This document shows, piece by piece, positions 47,560 to 60,634 of a DNA stretch of 64,000 nucleotides (position 1 is its first letter; the number at the start of each line of letters is the position of its first letter). The notes under the pieces were generated by a model that worked only from the letters and a program-made list of their open reading frames with translations, did no database searches and had not been told where the DNA came from. A program made the position numbers and the translations under genes. The stretch comes from Hydrolagus affinis (Eukaryota), in assembly GCA_012026655.1 (NCBI GenBank), contig JAAILG010000012.1:62001-126000 (forward strand). Direction: 5' to 3'.

Positions 47560-47960
47560 CCTGAATTGCTTGATACCAAAGCCTTATATATGTTACTTCT
47601 CCTCATAATAACGGAGGCGTTAAGATAATGAACAACCATTGTGCGGAAAGGTTTTTATTTATGTTATTTGTAATGAAGCAAACTGTTGATAACTGTAATT
47701 ACGTACTGGAGAAGAAGGAAGCGAAATGATAATAAATGGCCATTTAATAAGCGGGAAGTGGTAGCGCTATCAGAGAATTATGAAGCCCTTATGATAAAGA
47801 AAATGAAAGAACATGGAAAATGCTTATTCAAATGTGTTGCCAATCAGCATAGTGAATGAGAAAATACATTCACGGTTGATGAGTGATTCATAATGGAACT
47901 ACTCCTTGGGAAATCATACAAATTTATGCCCTTTTAAGCAGGTTTGCTTACACTTTTTAA
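47560..47960. promoter_or_regulatory. CNE-like block
   Basis: TE-free; AACAA/CATTGT, TAATTA, GATAA, CCAAT, GGAAGT motifs. Confidence 0.35.
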
Positions 47961-48329
47961 GCAGTGTTTGCAGATTTCACAACATAACAGATTTCACATC
48001 ATGTATTAATTAGGCTCTTTAGCTAATATAGCATTCTGCATAATCCACACAATGTTAATCAACTATTTAGTTGTGTTAATTCTGCTGGTGTTTCTCAATG
48101 GGGATTTAATAAATTAATGTGTTTGCAAGCAGGAAGCAGTACCACTCAGTTCACATCTCTTTCTTGCTCAGAAAATATCAGTACATTTGGTGTTGGAACA
48201 GAAGAATAATTTTTTCGCTGAACTCTTTAATTCTAGATAATGGCCCGAGGCCTGGCAAGCAACTGTGGGAGAAGTGAAAAGTTTCAAAAGTAATCACCAA
48301 GCAATAATTTAGGAAGCACCAAGTGGAAC

Positions 48330-48480
48330 AAGAAGATGTAGATCTAGAGTTTCCAAAAGGGCAATTTCAAAGCAGACTTCAGGAAGTTTTTCTTTACCCA
48401 GGTGATGTTTAAGACAAGGAAACTGGACACATTTAAATAAACACACAGCTCGATGCTTGTGTGGAAGGAGGATGGATGGA
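48330..48480 (+). mobile_element. Diverged CR1 fragment
   Basis: TTCAAAGCAGACTTCAGGAAGTTTTTCTTTACCCAG = FKADFRKFFFTQ. Confidence 0.6.
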
Positions 48481-49012
48481 TAATGTTAGCTGTATTCCTC
48501 CCCATTTTGGAAAACTTCCCACTTTGAGACGTCACTTTCGAAAGCTTTATATTACTAAGCCCTTTATATTATGACGGGTGGAAAATTTGACTTCATTGTT
48601 ATCCAACACATCCGCGCTGGAAAGCACCATTATTGCATTGGTCCCTCAAATCAGAACAGACACTCCAAAGTGTAGGGTATAATTATCACAATTGTATGAC
48701 TACAGCAAGCATATGACAACATATTATAAAACAATTTGTCTCCCTTTCAATCAGCCTAGCAATCATTGATTTAGACCTGCAAACAACACTGCCTCAGCAG
48801 GGGCCACGTTCCTTACAGAGTCTCTTCTCACGCTTACTAACTGTCAATACTTGCTTCCAACATGTTCTTTCTTTTCATCAATATCTGTACCCAGTCATTC
48901 AGTCGCCATGGGGTGGTGGTGGTGGGGTGGGGGGGCGGTGGGGGGGTGGATGGGTAAGCAGCCTTTGACCAGTTTTTAAATGAAGCTGTGGTTCTATTAG
49001 ACTGCCTTTTTG

Positions 49013-50172
49013 AGAAAGCCCCCACCCACACTCTGAGGTTTCCAGTCTCTCTCTCTGATATCAGAAGGTTTAGAGCTAAGATAGTAAACAGAGCTAAGCA
49101 GAGCTAAGATAGTAATCTGAACAGCCTGTGTCTAACCCCCCCCCGGCTTGAGGGAACACAACCTAAACCTTACAGTAACATATGCTGTGAGTGTAAATTT
49201 GCATGTGGAATATTGTGAAGCTACTGGATTGCACTGTGATACTTCCCACCATCAATACAATGGCTGGGAGGGCTAACCTGCCACAGGAGCTGGGACTGAT
49301 GCTCAACATTGCGCACAAAAGGTTGGAAGTGCAGAGGAGTGTCAGCGGGGAGTGAGGACTCAGTGGATATATTCAATACTATCTCCAAACCACCCAGGGT
49401 GACCAGCATTGAGCTAAAATTAGGCAAAATCAATGCCAGGAGATCTTCATTATCTCCAACGCTGCTGACACGGTGGAATATGTAAAGCGGATAGGGGTGG
49501 GGGGGTGAGGGGGCGGAGGGATACGATCGAGGAGAAAGTTGTTAGACCTGTTGTTGTAGCAGAACAAATTGGATTAGATCCTTCAATCCTTCAGTGGATT
49601 AGATTTTTTTTCAGGCGATAAGTGTCTATTTCAAGTTCGTCATCTGATCTGATCTGGGGAGGAGCACAAGCAGTTTTGGTCTTTCAGGGCTTCCACTGTG
49701 GTCAGTCGCCCACAAGCTATTTTGAAGCTCTTTATCTGTGTGGTGTTGTTAACTCCTGCTCTACCGGGTCTGGCCTCCTCCTCGTCCCCCGAATCCTCCG
49801 CTCCACCATCGGCGGCCGTGCCTTCAGGCACTACACCCCGAGGCTCTTGAACTCCCTTCCTCACTCCCTTTGCCTCGCCACCTCTCTTCCTACTTTCAGG
49901 TCTCGGCTAAAGACCTTTCTTTTCGACCGTGCTTTCGGTCACCTTCTTTACCCTCCCCCTGGCTCGGCCCCGGGATCCGTTATTGGGAAGCGCTCTGAGA
50001 CGCAGTACCCTGGAGTGAGGGTACGATATAAATCCAAGTTGTTGTTGTTGGAAGAAAGCTTCCACTCCTTTGGAATCTGGTGATTCTCTCTCTCTGTCTG
50101 TCTGAAATCAGAAGATATAAACAGAGCCAAGATACTAGCTCATGTCTGTCTAATCCCTGGCTCCAGGGAACA
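49013..50172. repeat. Diverged direct-repeat pair (49013-49160 and 50053-50172)
   Basis: Both read AGAAAGC.CCAC..TCTCTCTCTCTG..ATCAGAAG..AAACAGAGC.AAG..TGTCTAA.CCC.GGCT..AGGGAACA. Confidence 0.65.
49753..50050 (+). mobile_element. L2 LINE 3' fragment
   Basis: SGLLLVPRILRSTIGGRAFRHYTPRLLNSLPHSL..TFRSRLKTFLFDRAF; (GTT)n tail. Confidence 0.92.
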
Positions 50173-51101
50173 ATGATCGCTGTGAAAGCCACTGACTGCA
50201 TCTATCAAAAGGAGAACTGTCATGGATTGGAATCAGATAAAGACTGCACATATATGAAATTGACATGAGTAGACTTCAGGTCAAGCAACACGAGGAAAGA
50301 AGGTTCTGTGCTGTCCAAACTTCATCGGGATGTACAGTGTATTCTGGAAGGGATTTATTTCCACAATTTGCATTTATGTAGCAACCTTCATGTCGAGGAA
50401 AACCTCAGAGCTCCTCACAGGAAGGGTGGGGAGGATTGACGTGTTTGACACATCGAACAAAACAATCATTGAAAATGATTGTGAATCATTCAGGTTGCAA
50501 ACCAATCTATTTCCGTGCCTCCTTTTGGTTCATTTTACCTTTTAATCAAAAGGTTGAACAAAATAAATCAATGCAACAATAACAGTAAAACTTAAATGTG
50601 GATCATTCCTGAAGCAGTTAGAGAAGAAATGGATCAACAGTTGGCTTTGTGCCTGTGTGTTTCGATGCCTAATTTGCTCCTTGATGAACCAAACCCCAAA
50701 TCATTTCACACAATAGCGGTGCCAAGCACAACATTTTGTGTCCTGATTATCACAAGATCGACCTTATTTGAACCTGTCGTGTTGTTCAATGCAACTCGTG
50801 TCATCTTTGAAAACTATTACAAACCTACAGCTGAATAAATAAGAGGTCACTAAGAGGTTCATTGCCACTGGATATTCACATTTTACACAATTCCCTTGCT
50901 TTGCCTCTAAAAGGCACCGGTTTCAATGTACCTCAGCAATGTGAGTTGGACATAAAACACAATTTTTATCATAATTTTACTATGATCCCTAATTGGGATT
51001 TGAAAGCTTTATGTTAATATTAACATAGATAACTAGATAAATTACATGCAACACTATAATGTGTTTGTATATACCTTATTCTTATCAAGCTATCAATGAA
51101 A

Positions 51102-51420
51102 TGGATTCCTGTAGCTCAGTGGTTAGAGCACTTGCCTTACAAGCGTGAGACCTGTGTTTTGAATCCAGGCAGGTCAGGGCGAAACCTTGGGCAAGTTTCC
51201 TTACCCCATCTGCCCAATAATAATCCCTCAAAAATTTTTTTAAGAATTGGTCATTTCAATCCACAACTGTTTGTGGGACACTGCTGTGCACAATTGGCTA
51301 CCGTGTTTCGCCCACAAATATACAGTCAATTCACTTTACAGTATATTCTGTGAAGCGCTTTGAGACATCTAGAAGATGTGAAAAGTGCTTACATCAAAAA
51401 TGCAAGGATTATTATTATTA
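51102..51420 (+). mobile_element. Full-length SINE, subfamily A
   Basis: Complete head, body, tail. Confidence 0.93.
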
Positions 51421-51837
51421 AATCAAGGTAACACACAGATGGGATAAACTATGTAATAAACTACACAAATCTTGCAATTTTAATTTGGGGCAAAATGATT
51501 TAACTTATTTAATTCTGAGATATTTCCAGCTTCATTTTTAAAAAGCAATCTAAACCATCTGTAAATAATTTAGAAATGAATGGTGTTGGCTGTAGAATAT
51601 GATTAAGATCAAGTTTCATGGAACATCGTATTCACTCCATTAAAATATATTTCTGTGCAACTCTTTTTGTAATGGGCAAGTACTGCCCACAGTTTTCTGT
51701 TCTCATTTCATAGCCTATCATTAATACAGTGGAACTAGGCACAGTGAATTTATAATCACTTGTCAAGTAAATGTTCTGTATCTTGTAGATATTTACATGG
51801 TATTGAATGTGTGCAAGAATACTTAATGATTGTAAAA

Positions 51838-52134
51838 ATAATAATAATACTTCTTGCAGTTGATATAGCGCTTTTCACATCTTCTAGACGTCAAAAAGGG
51901 CTTCACAGAACATGCTGTAAACTGAATTAACCGGAATGCGGCAGCCAATTGCGCACAACAATGTCCCACAGACAGTCGTGGATTGAAACGACCAATTTAT
52001 TATTTTTTTGGAGGGATTATCATCAGGTGTGTGGTGTAAGGAAACTTGCCCAAGGTTTTTCCCTGACCTGCCGGGAATCTAACCCAGGTCTCTCGCTTAT
52101 GAGGCGAGTGCTCCAACCGCTGAGCTACAGGACT
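51838..52134 (-). mobile_element. Full-length SINE
   Basis: Complete apart from a short internal deletion. Confidence 0.92.
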
Positions 52135-52276
52135 TTATAGGACTTAGATCCAGATGAGTGTTGGATAAGAATGTCCTCTGTTCCATTACTTAGTATTATT
52201 TGTGTGTTATGTCATCCCTCATATGTCATTATATGGAGCTTGCTGCAACACATTCAGCAGATATAAGGGTAAATAG

Positions 52277-52340
52277 TTCGGCACGGACTCGATGGGCTGA
52301 ATGGCCCCCTTTTGTGCCGTAAGATTCTATGTTTCTATGA
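52277..52340 (+). mobile_element. CR1-type 3' tail
   Basis: GGCACGGACTCGATGGGCTGAATGGCC..TGTGCCGTAAGATTCTATGTTTCTATG. Confidence 0.8.
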
Positions 52341-52632
52341 TATACCAGCCAGACATTACAGTGCTGTCCCATCATCTCCCTTACATTAGATTTAGTTCTT
52401 GGAGTTGAGATAACTTGGCTAAATGAGCCAAAGAATTTATATAATTATGGAATCATGCAGTGGCGCAAGATTGATGCGATGAAGCCGATCCTTTCGCCCA
52501 TTTGATCTCATCCTTCCTGAAAACCCAGCCTGGCAGCAAACATTGTGAATTAGTTAAGTATTTACATCACCATAGGGAAAATAGACTGTAGCTTAAATTA
52601 ATAGGAGACCCTGCTCACCTTTCGAGCATCGT

Positions 52633-52950
52633 GGCATCCGGTAGCTCAGTGGTTAGAGCCCTTGCCTTGCAAGAGAGAGACCTGGGTTCAATTCCAGGCA
52701 GGCCGGCAAAAAGTTAGCAAGTTTCCTTACTCCACACGCCTAATGATAATCCCTCAAAAAAAAAAAAAAGTTGGTCAGTTCAATCCACGGCTGTTTGTAA
52801 GACGCTGCTGTGTGCAATTGGCTGCCACGTTTCGCCCACAAGATATGCAGCCAATTCACTTTATAATACTGTATATTCTGTGAAGCACTTTCAGATGTCT
52901 AGAAGATGTGAAAAGCGCTATATCAAATGCAAGGATTATTACTGTTATTA
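52633..52950 (+). mobile_element. Full-length SINE, subfamily B
   Basis: Head with TGC loop, body, tail. Confidence 0.93.
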
Positions 52951-53607
52951 TCTCAATTTGTAGTTGGGATTGTCTAGGTGAGGTGAGAGTGGACAACTGA
53001 CAAATGGATTCCGACTTTATGTTGCTGTGAAACATTGCTTGGGATTTCTTAAGGCAATTGCATTCTTTCACTGTACAGGAACCCATTAAATAAGGAAATT
53101 GAAATGTGAAACAAATAAGGAAAGCAGCGGGAGTACAAACGCAGCTAAGTAGATATAAAAAGAGAGCGATACGAAAGATAGCACCAAGAATAAACTAAAA
53201 TATAATTTTGCTTTAATATCTATTGCTGTTGCTGCTCTATGCATGTGAATTAATATTCAGAAGTATTATGTATATTAATTTGGTTTGAGGCTGAAATTGT
53301 TCTTTTGTTTCGCCTTCAGTCTCTGTGCCATCCAGGAAGCAGGAGGTAAACTACGCTATAACAAACTCTTTCAAGATCAAACTTTGAGTAAATTGTACCC
53401 TGTTTGAGCAGAAATCCATTGAAGAAATCCATGGCTAAACACAAACTTTTGAGATAAGCCCCGTAATGTAATTTTGTTGTTGTAATGGCATATTTGCACC
53501 TCAGCGATATGTCAGAGTTGATCATTTTGTCCAATTACATAAAATCAAATCATTTGGACGTGAAGTAAAGTTAAGGGATGCATTATTTAGATGTTTGTTT
53601 TGGAATG

Positions 53608-54130
53608 TAATAATAATGATTATAATCTACGAGTTTGATATGGTGCCTTTCGAATTAGGAGCTTTACAATTAGGATCAAAGTGTTTCTTAGGAATTTACT
53701 GTAAATAGTGGGTCACCTTAATTTGTAAGGCGAATGCGAGAGCCAAACTGGGTATCAACAGGCAGAAAGGAATAGGCCGAACAAGGTATATTTTCAATTT
53801 GAACTTTTCCTCAGTGTAATTTATATATAAATCATTGCTCCACTAAACATGCAATACAGCTAATGGTGATGATGAACAGATTGAAGGATGTAAATCACTG
53901 GTTTATTCTGCTGCATCTTCATTCATCACAACACAAAGCTCCGAGTTATTTGATTAATATCTGAAATCAGTCAAATAACAACATAATAAATCCTTACAGT
54001 TGATATGGGGCCTGCCAGGTCTGAAAGAGCTTCACAGGATTTACAATAGTAAGTGTAGTATAGTGCATTGCTTAGTGAAACTGGGCACGGAAATGACCTA
54101 CAAACAGCCGTGGAGTAATTGACTGACCAT
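53608..54130 (-). mobile_element. Two highly diverged SINE/DeuSINE tails (53608-53750, 53985-54130)
   Basis: TAATC..TTGATATGG..CTTCACAGGATTTAC..CAAACAGCCGTGG remnants. Confidence 0.55.
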
Positions 54131-54411
54131 TTCAGAGAAGTCGATTTTACAAGAAGGATTTGTCGAGTTCATTCCCCCTTTTCGGTTTGTGAATATATCT
54201 CACTGTGGAATTTGTGGATCAGCGAATGGCGAGGTTTCTAAACAGAGAGTTAAAAGGAAAAGTCAAATGAAATGCTGCCGCAGTCCAATATTTGCAAAAC
54301 GGGAACATTGCAATTAGTCCACCCCGGTCTACAAATTAAACTCCGACACTATCGAGACTCTTTGAGCGATGTACGAGGTGACAAATCAATTTGATTTTTA
54401 GGCTTATAAAT

Positions 54412-54553
54412 ATATAATAATCTTTGCATGTCTTCTAGATGTCTCAAAGTGCTTCACAGAATATACTGTAAAGTGAATTGACTGTATATCTGTGGGCGAA
54501 ACGCGGCAGTCAATTGCGCACAGCTGTATCCCACAAACAGTCGTGGATTGAAA
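54412..54553 (-). mobile_element. 5'-truncated SINE
   Basis: Tail with deletion and Deu-like body. Confidence 0.9.
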
Positions 54554-55029
54554 TCTTGAATTGCTTTACATTCAAGTCGCTCCAGTGATCTAGCTTGCAT
54601 TTGCTTAACCAAGTGTTTGAATGAATAGGAAGCAGCAAACCACACTTGCTTTATATTGATCTTTAGGTCAGGGGAGATCAGAGGAAACTTAATACAGTAT
54701 ATAGGGAGAGCTCTGCTCACCAGCCAGTGAAATTAGAAAAGAGTAGACTGCCCTATTGGCTGCCTGCTTAACACAAGCTTAGAGGCCATCAAGTGAACCG
54801 TGACAAAGCTTTTTTTCATGCCTTAGTTTCAGAGTTTAAGAAGTTGACTCGCTGTGTGACAATAAATTGCACCTGATGTATAGACCAGAAGAAACCCAAC
54901 GCACTCTCTTTGAGAGAGTCTCACACCTGATACTAAAACCATAAATTTAATTCATCTGATTGCAGTTACACTACGTGTTTAGGTTGCTGTGCGGATTGGA
55001 AGTGTTTTGCACCAACATTCAGAATTCGG

Positions 55030-55290
55030 GTTGACACTATATTGTTTGAGGTGCTGCCCTTCTGCCTGTTCAAGAAGACATTAAAAGCATGGCACTACTT
55101 GAAAAGACGAGGGAGTTTCTCCCAGTGTCTCCTCCAAGAATCCCCCAATCTAATAAAAGTTGATTGTTGACTTGATGGATGGCTGTTTGTGGGATGCTGT
55201 TCTGCGCAGATTGGCTGCTGTGATCGACTGTAAAATTCAGACTCTACGCTTTGCAGTAAAATCCTGTAAGTACATTTTTTATAGCATCTT
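55030..55290 (+). mobile_element. Old DeuSINE
   Basis: CTGCCTGTTCAAG..CATGGCACTACTTGAA..GGAGTTTCTCCCAGTGTC..GGCTGTTTGTGGGATGCTG..ATTGGCTGCTG. Confidence 0.75.
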
Positions 55291-56157
55291 GTGCATATCA
55301 TGCCAAAGCAATTGCCATTTCCTCCAAGTGTACTGAACAGTTTATTGCCGATAATTTGTATTCCGAGCATCTCCTCTACAGGTTTACGTGTCGAAAAGAT
55401 CCAGAGCTAGAAATGAACTGGTTCAAATTCGATTTACTGCCATTGTGATGTCTTCACAAGCTGGCTTTGCAATGCGACAACACACAACGAAAAATCTAAT
55501 TTTGCCCGAATTATTATTACACTCTGGCGTTTGGATCTGTTGGAGTTTGATTTGCCCACCTGTAACACCACTGCTATTGTTATTAACACAGCACCAAATA
55601 CCACTTTCCTGGGTGGCACCAGCTGTTTGTTTTTAAAACCCATGAACCAAATGTTCGAAGGTAAACTCGTTCGAATCCAGCTGGGAGCTGTGTCACATAA
55701 CAGCAAAAAGTGCTGGATTAAGTTCTTGAGAAGTTATCTAATTGATTAGCGAAGTGTTGAAAAAAGATTGCAACATGAATTAAAATCTTTTTCAGTTCAT
55801 AGTTACATTCTGAATAATAATGATAATTTTCCCCCACAAAATATACATTATATCCTGTGAAGCACTTTGAGATGTCTCAACAATGTGATTAGGCACTGTA
55901 TCACAGAAGGTTTATTGAATACATAACTAAAAGAAAAGTCCCAAAGATAATAAACACATTACTGTAACAAACTGCAAGCTGAAAGCACTAGATATGGCGC
56001 TAGATAGAGACCAGTAGCATTTTCTATTCAATGGTCAGCACTTACCATATCATTAAATATTCCCTTTGTTAAAGACTGATGGAAAATAGTATTTTACTTA
56101 TTAGTCCTTCAGTAAAAAAAATGAAAAACTTTATTAACTGTTTTCCCCTGCAGTTGT

Positions 56158-56457
56158 GGAATCCTGTCGCTCGGTGGTTAGACCACTCGCCTTACAAGCG
56201 AGAGACCTGGGTTCGATTCCAGGCAGAGCACAATTGTGGGCCAGTTTCATTACTCAACACGCATGATAATGCAAAAATAATACATTGGTCATTTCAATTC
56301 ACGACTGTTTGTGGGACACTGCTGTGCGCAATTGGCTGCTGTGTTTCGCCCACAAATATATACAATATCAATTCACTTTACAGTATATTCTGTGAAACTC
56401 TTTGAGATGTCTGGAAGATGCGAAAAGAGCTATATCAAAAGCAAGGATTATTATTAT
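56158..56457 (+). mobile_element. Full-length SINE, subfamily B
   Basis: CTCGCCTTACAAGCGAGAGACCTGGGTTCGATTCCAGGCAG head; body; tail. Confidence 0.93.
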
Positions 56458-59400
56458 CGTTATTTTTATTTATGTCCCATTAATAAAAGTCGCTTTCTTC
56501 ACTTGTGAACTATGCATTGGAAAACAGCCTTTGATCAACAAATGTATTAATGCATGGAATGCGTTGCCTTTACGAGATGCGTCTCAGATTGATATGTCAT
56601 GTGAGTGAGCACTGGTGAACAGTCAGGCTGTGACTGTGTCATGGCACAGTGGTTATCAGATAGCTTAAGAGCCTGAAGTGCACAGAGGAAAATGACTAGT
56701 TGGGGACCAATGCAGAGAAAAGATTGAGTATTGAGCCTAGCTGCTGAGCTAACTGTGCTCTGCTTTGTTGCACACTGTAATCCAAAAGGACAATGTCACA
56801 AGTCGGTAATATACAGCGTAACAGCAAATGTCTCTATCACTTCTCTCTGGATGTAGGGAAAGGACTGGAGCCTGAACTCCCGATCATTATAGGGAGGGGC
56901 GGTGGGGGGATAGCTGGTGGCTGTGCTGTAGCTGGTGCTAATTTCATGCCAATTCGGATTTTCTCACTGTGAATTTGGAAGGAGAAACCCAAATTCTGTT
57001 GTTGGCTCTTGTTTTTAGGCGGAAACAGTTTCCGCACCAGGACCAACATGCCTGGCAGTGAATTTGCTTCTGTTGCAATTGCACTTTGACGCGGCAGTTT
57101 TGTTTGACACTGACGTAACATTCCCGCGGCGTGAAGTAAATTTCTCACGCAACATCTTTTCCACTTCAAACACTGTTTGGTTTCAGGATGTGTAACATGT
57201 TGGGAAGAATGTCTGCCAGCAAAAAAGCAAACGAGCCAGGCTTGTTAACAAAGGTCTAGTTCATTTCTGGTTGAGGTGATAAATTCTTATAACTTTGCTG
57301 AAGCTGCTGCTAAATCACTATATAGAGGAAACGGTTCTCACAGATCAGCAGCAATAAATCACTCCATGGATGATAGTGTTCTTTCAGGTCAGCAGTAAAT
57401 ACATGTTGTTCACGCACGTTTACTGCCAAGGGTACCTTATTGCAATTCTGCAAGATATTTTATTTCCAACCCACAGTTGCTTTATTGTTTTATGACGCTA
57501 AATACACCAATGGTACAGAAATCATCTTTACATTGCATCTAGCAATTGTCATTTTTCAAAGCACTTCATAGAATATTTCTGTGACTGTGGATTTTTGCAC
57601 GCGAACGAACAAATGCAATCTTATCATGTTTGATTGTTAGTAAGGTAGTCTGGATTGCATCTCAACATGAGACTAATTCTCTTGATGGCACTCAAACTAG
57701 TGAAATCACAATGGATCAGTTCCAACAAATAAGTGCAGTAATAAGGGGGTTTCACACCCCCTGAAGCGTAGCCATTATATATTCATACAATCTGTGCATT
57801 TCATCCAGCCGTCCGCCCAAGGAAATTGTTACTTAAAACTGTTAATACACATAGAAATTATACAAACAAGGGCTATTTCTGTTTATTTTTTAAAGTAAAC
57901 GTACCTGAACTGAAAGAGAAAAAGGTAATCTGTGTTATATATTGGATTCAATAAACACTCCATTCCCTACGTCATGTTCGCCCACAAAATACATGGTCAC
58001 TTTACTTTGCAGTGACACCTGTGACTAGCTTCACTCACTCCCTCTCGATGTGAAAGGTGAGGATTATTATTGTGAAGGAAACTGGAATACAATTCAAAAA
58101 ACAATATGAGCACTCTTGCATCTTTTCAATAGCAAAAACGCTGCACATTCACAAGAGAGAAATACTTCTGCCTTCAATCAGTCGCTGTATCTGTTTGCTG
58201 AAGCATCTGGCCAGCTCTTGCATTCAGATGAGCCAGATGTAATTAGTCAACATTTGATTTCTATATTTGAAATGCTGTTTATGTGTTTTATTGGTATTTA
58301 TTAGGATCATTAGATACAGAAACATGCAGTACCAGAAAAAAAAACCTGGTAAAAATAGTGGTTTCATTTTCAGATTCCATATCTTCCTGTATTACACAGC
58401 TCTCAAACTCCATTGAAAAGCTGCTCGATTTTCTTTTGAAATTCTGTGCACCATTCACCTCCTCTGCTTCCTTGAACGAAATGGTCTACAAATTAACAGC
58501 CATTTGCATTAAGTACTGTAGTTGAAATCTAAAGTGCTTATTCCACCATGCCTTTCTCCTGAAGGACACCTGTTGCAAAGTGCAGCACTGAAGGTTAGCG
58601 GGATAAATAGGCAATATTCTGTGCCAATTGCAAAGCTAGTTTTCATAGCAACTAAAACAGAATGATAATATTTGCTCACAGATTGCTTTTTAGTAAAATT
58701 GTGCAGCTGTGATCTGACCCAAAGTACTAGAAGCCAAGCTATACAAATATACTCTCGGTGGCCATCTGGTCTGTTTTTAGATAAAAGCATTCAACTCAAA
58801 TTCAATCATAGATCTACTTGATCGCGTGAATGGAAAAGCATAGCTGTACCATGGATAATTTGACCTCACAAAGGTTGGGAAGTCCAATACCTGCGGATCT
58901 GTAATATATTTTCCACACACACAAAAAAATCCCTATCTAATAAACATGTTCAGTTTTTTATGATGGTCAGAGAGTTTTCATTTTGTCCCCAGGATTAGGC
59001 TCTGTAACATTGCCAAGGTATGGAAACAAAATGCAAAGTCAACCATTGTCAAGCAGCAACAGACAGTCTGCATCAACCGTAGGTTTAAAAGCCTCCTACA
59101 ATTTTGAAAAAAAAATAGATTTTAAGATTAAAATTCAATTAGTGGAAGACTAGTGGATTTCCAGTGAAAACCAGTGTCTGGGCTGTCACATGAAAAGCTA
59201 TTTAAATGGAATCCAATGCAGAATCATTGCAGTCTCTGAATCTTATGCTTCATTTCTTTCCAACCAGATAGTTGTGCATAAACATATGGAATACTGAAGA
59301 AAGGCACTTAGCGAATGTCCTTCTAAACGACCTAAAGGAAGGCGTGCAGAAAAGAGGTAGGTGATGAGCGAACCATTGCCAAAAATGCCATGTGTTCAAA

Positions 59401-59720
59401 TGAATGTCAAAAAGGGGAACTTTGATCTTGATTTGGGATTAGCTGATGATGTGATGATTACCTTTCAAATGACAGATTGTCAATCAATCTGAATAGAATT
59501 GCCCCATCCACAGGATCAGTATCAACTTGGGGGTGAAAAGCGAAAGCACCAATGAGGGTTTTAAGTCAGTAATCTCTGAGAATGAATGTTCTTTTATCCC
59601 CCCAGTACTGTGCAATGTGATTCAAGCGGAAAATTGTATGTATTTGAAACCAGTGAAATTTAACAATTCAAATCTACTCCAGTGTTTATCAATATGCTAT
59701 ATTTAACCTATGTGGGCAAT

Positions 59721-59990
59721 ATAATAATAAGAATAATAATCCTTACAACAACAACAAACAACAACAACAAATTACATTTATAGAGCGCCTTTCACGTCGG
59801 GAGGACGTCCCAAGGCGCTGCACAGGGGGAATGTAACATTTATATAGCGCTTTCCACGTCTTATCGACGTCTCAAAGCGCTTCACAGAATACAACGTCCC
59901 AAGGTTGGGACCAGAGCAGGGGGAGGGAGAAGACAAGAGGGAAGAAAGGGGGGAAAAGAGGTAGGGACCAGAGCAGGATGGCCTTGAATG
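59721..59990 (-). mobile_element. Composite of SINE tail and L2 3' pieces
   Basis: SINE (TAA)n-TCCTT, L2 tail 59745-59826, SINE tail to 59891, then purine-rich L2-like 3' UTR. Confidence 0.8.
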
Positions 59991-60634
59991 CCCTACATCT
60001 CATACTGCAGATTAGTGATTGTTAATGCACGTGGTATTTTTTGTCCTTCACATTGTGCTGCTAACGCTCTATTTCGGTTTGGCTGCTCATGTGGTTCCAG
60101 AACTCTAGAAATATTTAGAGAGTCCACAGAAAGGCGCTGTTTAATATGACGCAGGGAAATTGATGTGCGTGAATGAAAATCCTGGGCCGTCCACACTCTG
60201 ATTGTTGATCGACCACGTATTTACATTTGACGTAAAATTATGAATTGAATTCCAGCCCTGAGTGGTGAAAAGCTAATGTATTCTCAGGATTTCTCACATA
60301 CGGTAAGGATCCAATTTCTCTCTAGCAAGCGTTAGAAGGCCATATGCACCCATAGGTAGCATGTGGGACCTCAAGATTTACAGCAAAATGACTGTGTACA
60401 TGTGTACCCGTCATCTGGTTCTGTCAGAAGGGTCCACAGGTGAGCACAGTAACAATGATGCCATTGAAATGTACTTCTCAAGAAAACCCTCGATTGTTTG
60501 CTTTGTTGTGTTAGTGATATGCTATTGACTAATCTGAACAAAACGTTCTCTGCTATTGTAGAAGACACAATGCAAAAAAGCATTTGGAATAAGTCCCGAA
60601 GCAATTTATACTCCTTAGTCCTATGTTTTATTTG

